A DNA stretch of 64,000 bases, from contig JAWMAR010000134.1 in the NCBI GenBank assembly GCA_036785375.1, forward strand, positions 2,914,001 through 2,978,000, given 5' to 3'. Of the stretch, positions 25,601 through 40,600 are shown one piece after another. A model generated the notes under the pieces. That model had not been told where the DNA came from and did no database searches. It saw only the letters and a program-made list of their open reading frames with translations. The position numbers and the translations under genes were made by a program. Each line of letters starts with the position of its first letter. The first letter of the stretch is position 1. This DNA is from Leucoraja ocellata (taxonomy: Eukaryota).

Positions 25601-28600
25601 GAAAGCTTCCCAGAGAAGGTGAGTGTAGAACAAATGTGTGGCTTGGGCAGGGGCCTGGGGATCGACTGGGTCGCTGGTGTGATTACTCTCTTGAGACTTT
25701 GGAATTTGGTGCAGGGAGCACGTTTTGAAGTTTACAAACAATTCAAAAATATGAGTGAAATATTTTGGGATAATAAATCTCAACCTGTTGGCTGTGGACG
25801 AGTGCACACATCCCGCTAACATGACCACCGTTAAATTCAAGAGGGGAATTTACATAAACTAGAATGAGAAGATTGGATTTGGTAAAATTTTGCACAAAAA
25901 GTGAAGAGAAATATCTGCCAATCTGGGTGCATCGTGTAAGAGCATAACCTCAAACCTGGAGACCCTGTGTCATCTACCAGCAGTAGATTATAATGCTTCA
26001 CCCAAGATGACCAACAGGGCCTTGTTGTATAGAGTTAACTGTAGGTTGTGTGCTACAATTCCCTGCACTAGCACTTGTAGGTCCTCAGCTGGGCACTGAA
26101 TTTTCAACTTGGATAATGTGCTCAGGACTTAAAGGTGAAAGTTAGAGGTGTTTTCTTTAGTTTGAATACTTATTGAATGAGAATACCACATCTAGCTGAC
26201 AAAACACATGGTTGCAAAACACAAACTGCTGGAGGAACTTGGGGTTAAGCAGCATCCATGGAGACCAAAGGACAGTTGGTATTTAGGATCAAGAACATTT
26301 GTCCTGTCAACTATCCACTTCCTTCCGGATGCTTCCTGATGAGTGTTTTATTTTGCTCCAGATTCCAGCATCTGTAGTCTCTTTAACCATGTGGATTTGT
26401 TCCCGTTTTCTTTTTTTAACATGGCTTTTTGGTGGGTGACGTAACTGTTAATAATGTTTTGCCAATCTTGCTCTCAGGTAAAGGCTTTTGGACCGGGTCT
26501 GGAACCAACTGGCTGCATTGTGAACAAACCGGCTGAGTTTACTATTGATGCTCGGGCAGCTGGCAAGGGTGAACTCAAGATCTATGCACAGGTAATGACA
26601 TGAAGTCTTGGATGAATGCCAGTGGGGTTCAGGAAGGTGGGCAGAGATGTGGGAGTGAACTTGCTGATCAATATCTACAAACTGAAGCAGGTGTCAGCAT
26701 GTTGGAGAAGTAGTGGGAATTTTCTATTTGAATAGGTTTCATGAGTTTTTACTCAAGTGTTTTAGGATTCTCAGCAATAGCTTGCCATGATTTCTGTTTG
26801 TTTCTCTCAAGGATGCAGAGGGTGTTCCTATCGACATCCAGATCAAAGATAACCGGGACAACACATTCATCTGCGTGTATGTGCCACAGAAGCCCATCAA
26901 ACACACGATCATCATCAGCTGGGGCTCGGTCAATGTCCCGAACAGTCCCTTCAGAGTAAGTGGGGAGAGGGAGGGTGTGCAGGGGCAGGTGGCGGTATGA
27001 AGGGTCCATCGCACCAAAGGGAGGCCATAGAAACCAGGTGACTGGTTTTGACGTACACATGGGTGATGATAGTCAATTAAATCAGTGGGGTTGGGCCAGT
27101 AAGATGAAAATTGGTGGGTGCAGTGACGAGCAGGAGAGGGAATGGGATGGGCCTGTGTGATAGTGATGGGTACGAAGGAGATTGATGAATCAATAAGCAA
27201 CACAAAGGGAGGTAAATAGTGGGGATGGAGAGATGCTGATGGGCTTGGTACTGCATATTGAGCATACTGGGTCTGCAACGGACTGATTTCTTAAACACTC
27301 TGCTACTGGTCCCGTGCTTCTCACTTTCTAGCCATTGCATTGCAGTGGATTATGCCCCGAGTTAACTGTGTGGTAACATTTGCATTTTGCATGTGCCGCA
27401 GGTATCTGTGGGTGAAGGGTGCCATCCACAGAAGGTGAAGGTGTATGGACCAGGTGTAGAAAAAACTGGACTAAAGGCCAATGAACCCACTTACTTCACA
27501 GTGGACTGCAGTGAAGCTGGTCAAGGTGAGTCCCTGGGGTATCCTCCACCCAGGTCCTGCCGTTGTTTTTCAGAGTAGCGGGATTAAACCCAACAACTAC
27601 AAACCAAATGCTGACTTTTGGGGGAGGGGGGAGGGGTGGGGGAGAAATTGCTAAGTTATAGGTATCGGAGCCAGTCGCAGCGTGGAAGAAGGCTAGGTAT
27701 TGGTTCATTATTGTTGTGGTTACTGGGAAACGGTGAAAAACCTTGTTTTGTGTGTACTATGGACAAATTGCTCTCCACACGAGTACAACAGGTAATGCAG
27801 ATGAGAAAGGAAACTGTTAGAATGTTGTGTTGCAGCTACAGAGAAAGTATCAATATACAAAAAAGTGAAGGGGTTCCAGTGAGGTGGATTGGAAGGTCAG
27901 GAATCCATGCCTATCAAATGAGGGGTCAGATCAAGAATCTGATAATAGTGGGGAAAGAAGCTGCAACCACCCCATTTCATCTGGCGGTATGTGGTCCTTT
28001 TGCTTCTTCTGCCCAATGAGGGGAGAGCAGAGAGAGTGGTTGCAGTCTTAATGGTCCTCTATGTTGACTGCTTTCCCTAGGCAATGTGACTTGTGGTTGG
28101 AGTCTGTTTTTGATGTGGTGGTGTGGGTTGAGGCTGGTTTGTTTAATGAACTGGGCTGCATCCACAACTCTGCAATTTGTGGTTTTAAGCATAGTTGCCA
28201 AATCGAGCTGTGATACATCTGGATAGGATGCTTTGTGTGGCAAAGGAATGCAAAGGGATTTGAAGAACAAGTAACGGAGGATAGAAACAAATAACTGCAG
28301 ATGGTGTTTAATACAAAAGCTCACAAAGTGCTAACGAGTCACGAAGCATCTCTGGAGAAACTGGATAGGTGACGTTTTGGTCAAGCAGTTTCTTCAGACT
28401 GGCTTTTTGGGTCGAGACCTTTCTTTAGATCCAGACCTCTTGTAAGCTGTTGATTCTGAGGTGAAGCCGATAAATATGGTCTATTACTGTAGATGTGTAC
28501 AGCATGGTCCTCAATATTACAAACCATAATATAGGCTTGGGTGAATGCTGGGTTGACCTGTGACCTCTTCTCCAACAGGCGATGTGAGTATTGGCATCAA

Positions 28601-31600
28601 GTGTGCTCCAGGGGTTGTGGGTCCAGCTGAGGCCGACATCGATTTTGACATCATCAAGAATGACAATGACACTTTCACAGTGAAGTACACTCCCCCGGCT
28701 GCTGGGCGCTACACCATCATGGTGCTGTTTGCTGACCAGGTACATAATGCTGCTTGCACCATTGCTGGGAGTTCCTTGCTTGTCCTCTGAGGACTATGGG
28801 TTGGTGATTGCATCTCCCAAAGGAGATGCATGCTTCGTTCATCGTTCTTCTTCGTTCATTAAAACCTGTGATTCTCGATCTCTGCTCTACCTGGTATTGA
28901 GTGTAAACGGGAAGAATCTGTGGGTGGAGTGAGGTGAGGGATCAGTCTGGTATTTGTTCTGTAGACGGGTAAAGACTCGTGATTGAGGATTGTGTGTCAG
29001 GTAGAAGATGAAGGTGGATGATTGTGCAATTAATGACGTGATTATGGGGTTAAAGTAAGCACTCTTTACTAGGTTGTTGGTAAATCGTGAAGGGTTGTAC
29101 AGTAGCTGGAGAACCTCCTGAATTTGATCAAGTCTTGCCCTGATGGTTTACCTACCATCATTTCCACCAAGATTTATCAGCACAACTCTGAAATCTCCAA
29201 CTTCTTGCTCTTTGTGGGACTGTTGCAGACTTCCACAAACCAGGATGAAGACTGCTTCCTGTCATCTCCCTTGGACTCCCTAGTTCGAAGTTTAAGATTC
29301 TTGCCACCCCTCCTGTCTTCAGAAGTGATTTATCTCCATCTGTCAAATCAATCCTTTCTGTCTTTAATACCTGAATCACACCACTCCATGAACCTCTAGT
29401 CCAGGTACCATCTTGCCTTAATCCACAGGAGTACATTATTATAATTATTATTATGGTGAATTTGCTCTGCGGCATTGAGGTGTCTCATCCAGCTGCAGCA
29501 CAATTCCAGGCCTCTTCAGGATAAAACCCAAGGCTCTGAGCTTGCAGATCTGCAACTACTTTGCAGATCATGCTGAATGTCGTTCAGCTCTGAATAAGGT
29601 GTGATTGTGAGAGCTTGTTCTTGCTTTTTGAACAAATAGATTTGCAAAAAGAGTAAATTCATTTGAGCAGTTTGGCATGATGGAGTAAGAATGTTGCCTC
29701 GTGTATGGGTGTGTGCATTCAACTTGAGCCCATTGAGCTCAATACTGCGTAGTGTTGGGGGAGCACGATGGTTGCTCGGAGGCTGTGCGGGGACCTATCA
29801 GCTATTCCCCTAGACACTTGCACCCAACACTGGAGCCCACATTATTAAGGCTGTGTTCATTATGCTCATTACTGCACATGGGATCTTGCTGTGTAATTAC
29901 AGTGACCATTGCCGACAAAAGGCACCCGTTAATTATGAAGAAGGCTCTCGACCCAAAATGTCACCTATTCCTTCGCTCCATAGACGCTGCCTCACCCTCT
30001 GAGTTTCTCCAGCATTTTTGTCTACCCTCGTTAATTCCCTAGTTTAAATAACAGTTGGACTTTTTGCTCCATGTCGGGTGTGATGTGATTCCTTTAGTAG
30101 GAGAATCTAGAAATAGGAGGTCACTGTTTAGAAAGAGGGGGTCTTTTCCGAAGGGGAGCTGGGGCAACATAGTGTCTCGGAGGGTTGTGAATCTTTGGAA
30201 CAATACATGGATGGGTAATTAAAAGGGAGTGTTTGGATATTTTTGAGAAGTGGAAGTGTGAAAGATTAGTGGGTAGGAGGGACTGTGGACTTAAGGGTGC
30301 AATCTAATTGGACACAAATGATGAATGATTGGTCAATGAATGGCAGGGCAGCATCAAGGGAATAAGTAGGCCACTGCTCCTCATGGGTATGTTCCTTTTG
30401 AGAGGGATGGCTAGAGGCCTGGTTAATTCATTGTCAAAGTATTGTCTGAGATACAGTAAGGCAGTACTTACTGTATTTAATAGAACAATGCCATGCATTG
30501 CCCTTTTTAACCTCCGTAGTCCCTGTTTTGGCGCATGCATTTTTATCCACCAACCAACTGCCCCCCCCCCCCCCTAAAGAAACCTACCATCCATGGCATT
30601 TGTATCCACTCTAATCATAGTCTGTCCAATTTATTTACAGGAAATTCCCATCAGCCCATTCTGCATTAAAGTGGAGCCATCCCACGATGCTGGAAAGGTT
30701 AAGGCTGAGGGTCCCGGACTGAGCCGGACTGGTGAGGCAAAGCTAATCGACTGAGAGGTTTGATCATTTAGTGGGTCACCAATACTCCACAACAATCCTG
30801 GACTTACCAGTAAATAACATCTCCCGCACAGATGTTATTTACTGAGGGCTATCAATGCTATCGTCTTTTCCGTAGATGTTATTTACTGAAGGCTGTCAAT
30901 TGTAAGAAATTTAATTCTCAAACCCATATCATCCCAAACCATTTGGTCAGTGACAGTGCAGGTTCAATTGGCGAGAGGCTTCGACGTCTAATTCTAAACC
31001 TAACCATCGTGTACAGATTGAGCCCAGTGCTTAAAGCACTGATCCTCACTTTGGGGTGTGGCATAGTTGGGAGTGGGACTGTTGTCATGAATACAGGTTG
31101 GTGTGGGTATATTGATAAAAGCAGTGGGATAAGTGTGTGAGATGGGGTGGTTGCAGATGTCGGAGTTTTTGGATCTGCACTGAACTCTGAATAAACCATG
31201 TATGTTGTTTACAGGTGTCGAGGTCGGGAAACCCACTCATTTCACGGTCAACACCAAAGGGGCTGGCAAAGCCACACTGGATGTGCAGTTCACTGGAGCC
31301 GCGAAGGGAGAGGCTGTTCGTGACTTTGAGATCATCGATAACCATGACTACTCCTACACTGTGAAATACACTGCTGTGCAGCAGGTGGGGGAATGATGAT
31401 GGCTGAAAGCTGAGATGGGGTTGGGATAGTGTTTGAATCCAGTGGCAAGTTGTGTCTCATGGCTTGGGTTGGGAGAGGGGAGCTGTGCACTGATGGGTGG
31501 AGTTGGTTATCGTCTGTGGCAAATGTCTGGGCTTGGTTAGTTCAACGAGCTTGGAGTTGGGCATTACATGCACTGACCAAAAGTTTACTGAAGTCTCTTT

Positions 31601-34600
31601 TAACAATCATTGGGCTGTGGTCTTGTTCCAGGGCAATATGATGGTGACGGTGACCTATGGAGGCGACCAGGTTCCGAAGAGTCCATTCACCGTTAATGTG
31701 GCTCCGCCTCTTGACCTGAACAAGGTCAAGGTTCAGGGACTAAATAACAGTAAGCATGAACACTTGGTGAATCTCTTTTGTCATCATGCTTAGAAACTAT
31801 TGGCTTGTATCAGTTGAGGCTAGGAGGAATGTACCCAGGATATCTCCGCAGGATCCTCTTCCACAGTAAGCAGTCTCTGCTTTGTATATATCAGAAACTG
31901 CAGTTGGTCTGTCCTGCCGCGCACTCTCCTCTCCACCCAGTATTAGTGTGTAATTCCTTATGTTTTGCCTTTTCACCCATTGTGCTTTGTCCCTTTCCCC
32001 TTGCATCACCATGGCCCTTCCAGCCTGTCATCTGCTGGCCCGCTGAAATCTGGCATCTAACTAATTCTCCTTTTTTAAATTGCTCCGCTGTTGCTGGTGA
32101 TTTCTTCAGCTGCCGAGGTCCAGAGTTCTAGAAATTTATCTTAAAATCTCTGCTGTGTTCTGCTTTTTGCTTCCAAATGAGCCTGACTGGCAGAATTACC
32201 AGAGCTGTGATCACCAGTAAGGGCTGGGAGTTCAGTATCTGAACCGAGGCTTCCGGTTTCTGCCCTTTGATGTTGCATTCTGTGGTTCAGCTTAGTCTTT
32301 TGTAAAATAATTCATCTTTTAAAGTGCCGCAGGACATGCTACTCTGCTAAAGGCTCCCTCATCTTGTGTGTTTGTGTTGCAGAAGTCGATGTGGGGAAGG
32401 ATCAGGAATTCAGTGTCAATACTCGAGGTGCAGGGGGACAGGGGAAGGTTGACGTGAAGATCACATCTCCATCCCGCCGTCCCATACCGTGCAAGGTGGA
32501 GACGGGACCTACCAGCGATGTTTACTCGGTCAAGTACATGCCGCCTGAGGAGGGGCCATACAAGGTGGACGTTTGCTACGATGGACATCCAGTTCCTGGA
32601 AGCCCCTTCACCGTGGAGGGAGTCATGCCTCCTGACCCCACCAAGGTGAGGACACTAATGCAGCAGTGGTTCTCACTGCATTGCACAGAAGGCTCAGGGT
32701 TGGATTTCCTGTGTGCTTGCGGAACTGAAAATGTTTTCTGCTCCCACCCCACCAGCCCTGAAATTATCGACCATATTGACACTAATTTCCTGTTCATTCT
32801 GATATGGAATTAATAATGCTCTTTCTGTTCTGCAACACCCCCTCCCCCCGGCAATTCTCCTGTGTTCCCGTCCCAAAGAGGCAGGTCCTGGCCAATATTC
32901 GTCCTTTGTCAATATCACAGAATCAAAGAGATCATTATTACTTTACACTTTGTGAGAGCTTGATTTCCAGTACATTACTTTTCTTGTGTCGTGGCATTTA
33001 GAACAGTGTAGCATAGGAACAGGCCCTTCAGCCCACCACATTTCTGCTCACCATGATGCCAATTTAAACTAATCCTGTTGGCCTGGACATGGTCTATATC
33101 CCTCCATCCACTGCCCATTCATATCCCTGCCTCTTAAATGTTGTTGTACATGGTTCCAGCACCACCCCTGGCCGTGTGCTCCAAGCCTCTACCATCTCTG
33201 TACCACTAGATATTTCATAAAAACCCGACTTGCAAATTATCTTTTTAAACTTCCGTCCTCATCCTCTGTCCAGCCAAAGTGATGCATGATTGCTCAATTG
33301 GTCCTTAATAAAACTAATATTCTGTGATCCAGGCCGCATCAGAGTGATGCTCTTCTACACCCTCTCCAAAGCCTCCACATTATTCCTGTAATGCGGTGGT
33401 GACGAGAACCACACACAAGAGTCCAAATGATCCTAACCACGTGGCCAAAAATACTCGATTAGCAGTAAAGACATCGTGGAGTGTCCTGAGCATGTGCAAT
33501 ATTTGAATAAAGCTTCCCAGAGATGATAGTTCTGTCAGAGCAATTGCAGTTTGACATTCTGTATGGAACACACATGACTGCGTGGGTCTGAGGGAGTTAA
33601 ATGAGGCATTTTGATTGTATTTTAGGTGCGGGCCTATGGGCCGGGTCTCAAAGGTGGCGTGGTTGGAAAAGCTGCTCCCTTTGCCATTGATACCAAGGGT
33701 GCTGGCACCGGTGGTCTTGGATTGACTGTGGAAGGTCCTTGTGAAGCTAAAATTGAGTGCCAAGATAATGGTGATGGCTCCTGCTCTGTCTCGTACCTAC
33801 CAACTGAGCCAGGTGAATACACGGTCAACATCCTGTTTGCTGAAGCCCATATTCCTGGCTCCCCCTTCAAGGCGGACATCAAGCCTGTCTTTGACCCGAG
33901 CAAGGTCACTGCCAGCGGACCTGGGCTCGAACGCGGCAAGGTTGATGAGGCAGCAACGTTCACTGTGGATTGTTCCAAGGCTGGGGAGGCTGAGCTGACC
34001 ATCGAGATCATCTCCGAGACTGGTGTGAAGGCGGAGGTTCACATTCAGAATAACAGCGATGGCACCTATACCATCACCTATATCCCACCGTTCCATGGGA
34101 TGTACACCATTACCATCAAGTACGGTGGGCATGCCGTACCCAAGTTCCCAGCTCGTGTCCGGGTCGATCCAGCAATTGACACAGCAGGAGTGATGGTGTT
34201 TGGACCAGGAGTGGAGCCTCGTGGTAAGACAATCTACACCCGTACCTACTGTTGCTATGTGTGGATCCTGCAGTAGATTTGGGAGAATGCTATCTTTGAG
34301 ACAAAGTGATGGAATAAACAGGCAATTAAATTGTTTGCAGAATTGGTTTCATTTCGCTGATTCCAAGATTTACCAGTGCCGGGGGGGGGGGGAGGTCCAG
34401 ATGGGGAGCTGGTCTCCGAGGATGGGAGAGTCTTTTGGTGGAGAGCTGTCCTCTGTGGGGAGTGTCTGTAACTATTCAATGAAATCAAGGAATCTGTGGG
34501 TGTGGGGGGATTGCTGGGGTTGTTAGTAGGTGTTGAGGGCCTGTCGTGGAAATGATCAGAAGAACAGGATCACTGCTGTGGTGGGAGTAAAGAAGATTTA

Positions 34601-37600
34601 ATCCCATTTTGACTCTCATTTTCAGGGGTACTCCGGGAGGTCACCACGGAATTTACTGTGGACTGTCGATCTATCAACAAGACTGGTGGGAACCACATCA
34701 AGATTCGTATAGTTAATCCTTCTGGAGCCATGACTGACAGTTACATCAAAGACAATGTTGATGGCACCTATCATGTTGAGTACACAGCATATGAAGATGG
34801 TGAGTGATGTTTGCCATATCTGTTTGAAGTTTTACATGTTGCCTATTTTCTTGAAGAGACCTGGTAGTTTCCCAGTTATTCCGAGTTCCATTTCTGGCAA
34901 AGTAACCCCACCAGCCTTTTGCAAACCTGTAGGGATGTGGGGCATTTGTGGTGAAAGTTAATGGACTTGTAGAAAAGATTACCCAGTCTCTGTCATCCAG
35001 GCAGACAGATATTGGGGACTGATCCCTGACTCCTACATTTGTTGTTTCATGTTTTGATTCCTAATAAAAAGGATCTTGCCCTACCTTTCCTCCCTTGTGT
35101 TGCAAGATTCCCTGCTCTCTCCCAAGTGAAGATGATTCCAATATTTTTAACTTTGCAAGCAGTTCTTGAGAAATGTTGAGATAATTTGCCTAGATCATGG
35201 CTTAACATGGAACAGTCCTTCCATGGGATCATATTCCCCTCTGTCTGTTGACGGGCTCTCAGCTTTTGTTACAGCAGTGACTATTGCTGAAGCTTCCCAG
35301 GATCATACATTCCTTTGGTGTGATCAAGAGGCCCCTTTGTGGTATATTTTAATGTGTAAAATCTAGGGGGTATTAGGGAAAGCGATGTTGGTTTCTGGGC
35401 AGTTTTGAGATGGGGAGCATTTTGTTGACTGCCTGTTAAGAGGGCATGTTTTTATAGTTTAATTAACTGGACCAAGTGGGACCTGTTGGGTCCCTGTTAC
35501 ACGGGAGGCCTGGTCCCCCAATGCAACATGTTTCCCCCAACAAAATATTCCACCACTCACCCATAGCCCCCCATTGGAGGCCTGGTCATCCAACGCAACC
35601 CATTCCCCAACTCCATATTCCACCAGTCACCCATAGGCCCCAACTGCACAGTTGCGGCTCATTTCCCCTCACCCCCCAGCACTCCCTCCCCCTCTTCACC
35701 CTCCTTCTTTTTAAACTTTAAAAAAATCCAATTCCCTGCCCCTTGCCCGTTACAATGTTTTGGGGCGGCAAGTTGGAATTGGATTTTTTATAGTGAGAAG
35801 TAAAATTTTGCTTAAAAAAAAAAAAAATGTAAATGAGATCTCATTGTGGGGTGAAGTACTGCTCTCAGGCAGTTTATGTAAATGAGATCCCATTGTGATG
35901 TCATAGCTGCTAACTGCCACTGCAACGGTTTTTTTTCTCGAACTGGATTTTGTAATTTGAAAATATGAATAACTTGTAAAATATACTATCCATCTGAACA
36001 AAACTTGATAAAAACACACAACAGGCCAATTGTGAGTAAAGTGATCCAAAAATTGTGGCGCTATCATGTGCCATTTTGGCGTAGTTCTGGGAGCACATGG
36101 GCACACATGCAGACAGACAGAATCACAAACAAGATGAGAATTTTAGTAATATATACTAGACCAAGTGCAGATTCGTTGGGTCTGGTCCCCCAACGCTTCC
36201 CGTTCCTTACCCGTAGCCTCCAGCATGGTCCTCCAGCTCGAGCCGTTCCCGAACGGAAGATTCCAGCAATCCCCAGCCTCCCTCAGCAGTGGGCTTAAAA
36301 AAAAAATTCCAATTGCACCTGCGTGTTGCAATAGCAATTCGCCCTCCACCTCCTGTGAGATGAAAAGTTCAGAATGTGTCGCAACATTGTATCGATGTGT
36401 GTTGGAAGCTGGCAGAAATGATTTTAACAGTAAAAATCTTGTGAAAGTTGGCTTGTCTAAAGCTTTAATCGCGAATAACGTGAAATATAGGATGAAATCT
36501 TGAGTGAAGCTGATCACTGCTAGCCAAGCCATAGTGACGTCATCAGTTGAAGCTGGTTCTTTTAAATTCAAAGTATTATTTAAACTTTAATCAGTAATAA
36601 GTCGAGAAATAAAGCATAAAATGTTCAGTGAAGATGTTCTGTGCCTAGAGGGGAAAATGTGAATCAGAATATGCAAAAATCTTGTGAAAGTTGGCATTTT
36701 TAAAGCTTTAATTGCGAACAACGTGAAGTGTAGGATGAAATCTTGAGTGAAGCTGATCACTGCTAGCCGAGCTATTGTGACGTCATAAGTGAAAGCTGGT
36801 CATTTTAAATTCAAAGTCTTTAGATGTTTTTAAATTTCTTACTTTTAATCAGTAATACGTTGAGAAATAAAGCATAAAATGTTCAGATAAGGTGAACTCG
36901 GCCTAGAGGGGAAATATGTCAATCGGAATATGTAAAAATGTTATCGTTACCGCTTAGTGTTTTTGCGNNNNNNNNNNNNNNNNNNNNNNNNNNNNNNNNN
37001 NNNNNNNNNNNNNNNNNNNNNNNNNNNNNNNNNNNNNNNNNNNNNNNNNNNNNNNNNNNNNNNNNNNNNNNNNNNNNNNNNNNNNNNNNNNNNNNNNNNN
37101 NNNNTTTTAATAAGTATATGATTTTTTTCTCTTTCAGGAATGCATATGATTGAAGTGCTCTATGATGATGTCCTAATCCCCAAAAGTCCATTCCGAGTTG
37201 GAGTCACTGAAGGCTGTGATCCTAGCCGTGTCCGGGCGTATGGTCCAGGTCTGGATGGAGGTCTGGTGAACAAACCCAATAGGTTCACAGTGGAAACCAG
37301 GTGAGGTGCAGCCTTAAATAGTGGATAAATGTTTGGTCTTCACAGGGATACATTTAATTGCTTCCGTTGTCCACATGGACTGTCTTCTTGTGGGCATCTC
37401 TAACCATTGAATATCCAAAAGGAGTTTTTCCTATTATCTCAAAGAAATGAAAGATACCCTGGATTATTTTCTCATGTTTGCATTCCCCCGGGCCCTCTGG
37501 CTTTCGTGGACTATTCTTGGATCTTGTGTCATGAGGATACACCAATGTCCTGATGGCATTCCATCTGCACCATCCCAATGAGCACTAACCCGCTTTATAC

Positions 37601-40600
37601 ATCTCCCTTCAGAAGGGGATAAGTGACCCTATCTTCCTTTTGCTGATCCACAATTACCCTCTGTGGGTTGGAGCAACACTGTTCTCTTCCCTTGTGATAC
37701 TGATCATTTCTAAGGATTAGTCTGAAGAAGGGTCTCGACCTGAAACATTACCCATTCCTTCTCTCCATAGATGCTGCCTGACCCGCTGAGTTTCTCCAGC
37801 ATTTTATGTCTATTTCTAAGAATGCGCCGTGGGATTGGGGACTTCCCAACAGAGCCAAAAGTTGAAGCTTGTTTGGGATGGTCGTGAGGGGGTGGAAACA
37901 AACAAAATGCCATGAATTGGTTTACTGATTTTTGATTTGAACCTGTAACCTGAGCTATGCTGATCTTTACCTTTAACTTGGCCTGACTATCTTCCTCTCT
38001 ACTTTTTTTTCTCTCCTTTCATTCTCTCTCTCTCTCCTTTATCCCCTCCCTCCACTCTCCGCTCAGGGGTGCAGGCACTGGAGGCCTGGGACTGGCCATC
38101 GAGGGCCCCTCTGAGGCGAAAATGTCCTGCAAGGACAACAAAGATGGCAGTTGCAGTGTTGAGTACATCCCCTTCACTCCTGGAGACTACGACGTCAACA
38201 TAACGTTTGGGGGGCACCCGATTCCAGGTGAGCAGTTCTGCCCAGCCTTGCACCGAGGGATACCTTGTCCCAGTGTCAAACGGAAGCAATTCAGCAACTA
38301 ATGTATTGGGCCAGTCCAAGGCCAGTGACGATCAGAGCTCTAAGTCTTCTAACATTGCCTCTCTCTGACCTGCTCCATGTGTCTCCTCTGCAGCAAAATC
38401 ATAAAACTTCTTAAAAATGGGTAAAATAAGGGCACTGAGAGGCCATGTGGCCCTTTCAAATTGTTCTACCATTCAGTGTTCATTGCTGAATGTCCATTGC
38501 TATTCCCCTTTTCTGATTTATTCCCATATCCTCAATTCCTTCAGAGTGCAAAGATCCATTTTGAATCGGTATCCACAGCCGTCGGGAATAAACATTCTAA
38601 AGCTTTGTCATTCTGCTGGGGAGGGGCAGGATGTGAAAGTTCTTGCCATGAGCACAATGGCTACCAATTAATACTCCAGTGTTTTCACTGAGACCATCAT
38701 TCATCTAAATTCTGGAGAATATAGGCTCCTCCAAACTGCCTTTTCCACATTTGGACCGCCATCTTGAATCAACTGGGTGTGCCTCTTATTTCAAACTCTC
38801 CACTGTGCACTAGGTTAACTGAAGCTGTCGATGTCTCCACTTTTCTATTAGCTTGTATGCTGTTCGTATTTTGCTGGGGCAAATCAAGACGCGGTGTGAT
38901 GCTTGTTTTGTGTTAATAGGAAGTCCCTTCCGTGTGCCAGTGAAGGAATTGGTCGATCCCAGCAAAGTGAAGTGCTCAGGTCCTGGCTTAGGCACTGGAG
39001 TACGTGCGCATGTGCCCCAGACGTTTACAGTTGATTGCAGCAAAGCTGGGCTGGCACCACTCGAAGTGCTGGTCCTTGGGCCCACAGGTAAATCATGGCT
39101 GGCCTTATGTTGGTGGTGTGAGGATAGGTGGAAAACTTAAAGCCTTGCTAATGCAGTTTGAGGGAGGAAGATGGGAGGAATTTTGTGAGAAGGGTATGTG
39201 TGGGTGGAGAGGGAAAGGTTCGCTGCTCTGAGAGGGCTCGTTTTATCTGGGAGAAGGTATGTTTGCTACGGGGCCAGCATTGCTCAATCGTGAAGGTGGT
39301 GGAAAGGAAGAGAATGGTGGGAAGAGGACAGGTTCAGAGAGGAATTGGGAGAAGTGGAAATGGCTGTGGTTGTTGGGTGAACGTTGACTCTTGACGTGTT
39401 CTATCCAGGTGTATCGGAGCCAACAAAGGTTATTGATAATGGAGATGGAACGCATACTGTTCACTACACCCCAACCACAGATGGTCCCTTCACTGTCTCT
39501 GTGAAATATGCAGACCAGGAGGTTCCACGCAGGTGAGCAAGAGCTATATAGCGTCTGACTGCATGTTACTGGAGAATCTGGAAAAAGTTAATGCCTAAAT
39601 TTTGAAGACATTATTGAAGGTCCCACTAAATTTTGAGAGATGATATAGATTTAAGGCAGACCCAAAGGAAAATCTGGCCTTTTTTGTGTATCTCATTCTT
39701 TACCTTGCAGTTCCCTTGTTTTAATAACTCTATGCTCCTTCACTATAGAGACCACCAGGATAATTCTCATGTGCCCCTACTAAGAATCTATATAAATCTT
39801 AATACCTGCTTTTCAGTTCTCTCCCTTTAGAAATTAACTCCAGTGCTTCATGGTATTAATTAGTGTTGTCACTGTGCCCCCAGATCCTTGTTCCACAGCA
39901 CATTTGCATGTTTGTGTGTGTCGCTTTATCAAGCCCATTTCTTTCCCCAAAAAATGTATGTGCACATTATCTGCACTGTCCTTGATAACCCTTTGCCTAG
40001 TTCCTGAAAAAAGTCACGCTGGCATTTGAATTAAAACCCACTCTTCCAGGAATCAGTTAATGTTATTTTATTTTCGCAGTCCCTTCAAGATCAAGGTTCA
40101 GCCAACTCATGATGCCAGCAAGGTGCGAGCAAGTGGGCCAGGACTCAATGCCTCTGGAGTGCCAGCTAGTCTTCCGGTCGAGTTCACTATTGATGCCAGG
40201 GATGCTGGCGAAGGGCTGCTCACTGTCCAGATCATTGTAAGTCTGGACCATATCTCCCTACACATCTTTATTAATATGCAGTACAACCAGGGCCAGACAT
40301 TAATGATCTAAGATTGTTTGAATGAGACATTGACTGATTTTGAACTCCACTAAATGATGTTCAAGTGACACTACCTAGTTCCAAGCTGTGATCACATCTG
40401 AAAGGAGGTTCTGCATTCTTGGAACAGCACAAATCTTGAGTGACCTGCACATCTCCTTTGGGTTCCATTGTTGCTTGGCTGCATTGTTCCTGATCTTTGA
40501 CAAGGTTTTGAAGTTCATTGGACAACTCAATACTTAAACAATAGTGCACCTTGTGCTTGCTGAACAAATACTTGAGTGTTTGTTTAACTGAAGTTTTAAC

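Larger units (their letters stand above)
35464..37120 (+). mobile_element. Two head-to-tail non-autonomous Helitron/HINE-like elements in intron 22
   Basis: Shared 5' ends (actggaccaagtggga.. 35466 / actagaccaagtgcaga.. 36156) and shared 3' ends (ttttagtaatatat ~36141-36154 / ttttaataagtatat ~37105-37119); internal tandem repeats; class assignment is inference. Confidence 0.5.

Noticed and set aside
33634-34132. Antisense and alternative-frame ORFs over large FLNC exons (also 26739-27278, 25385-25840, 56035-56454)
   Set aside because: Shadows of FLNC coding sequence with no independent gene structure.
36432-36940. Repeats as a possible CRISPR or other array
   Set aside because: Only two long degenerate units in a vertebrate intron, with no repeat-spacer structure or cas genes.
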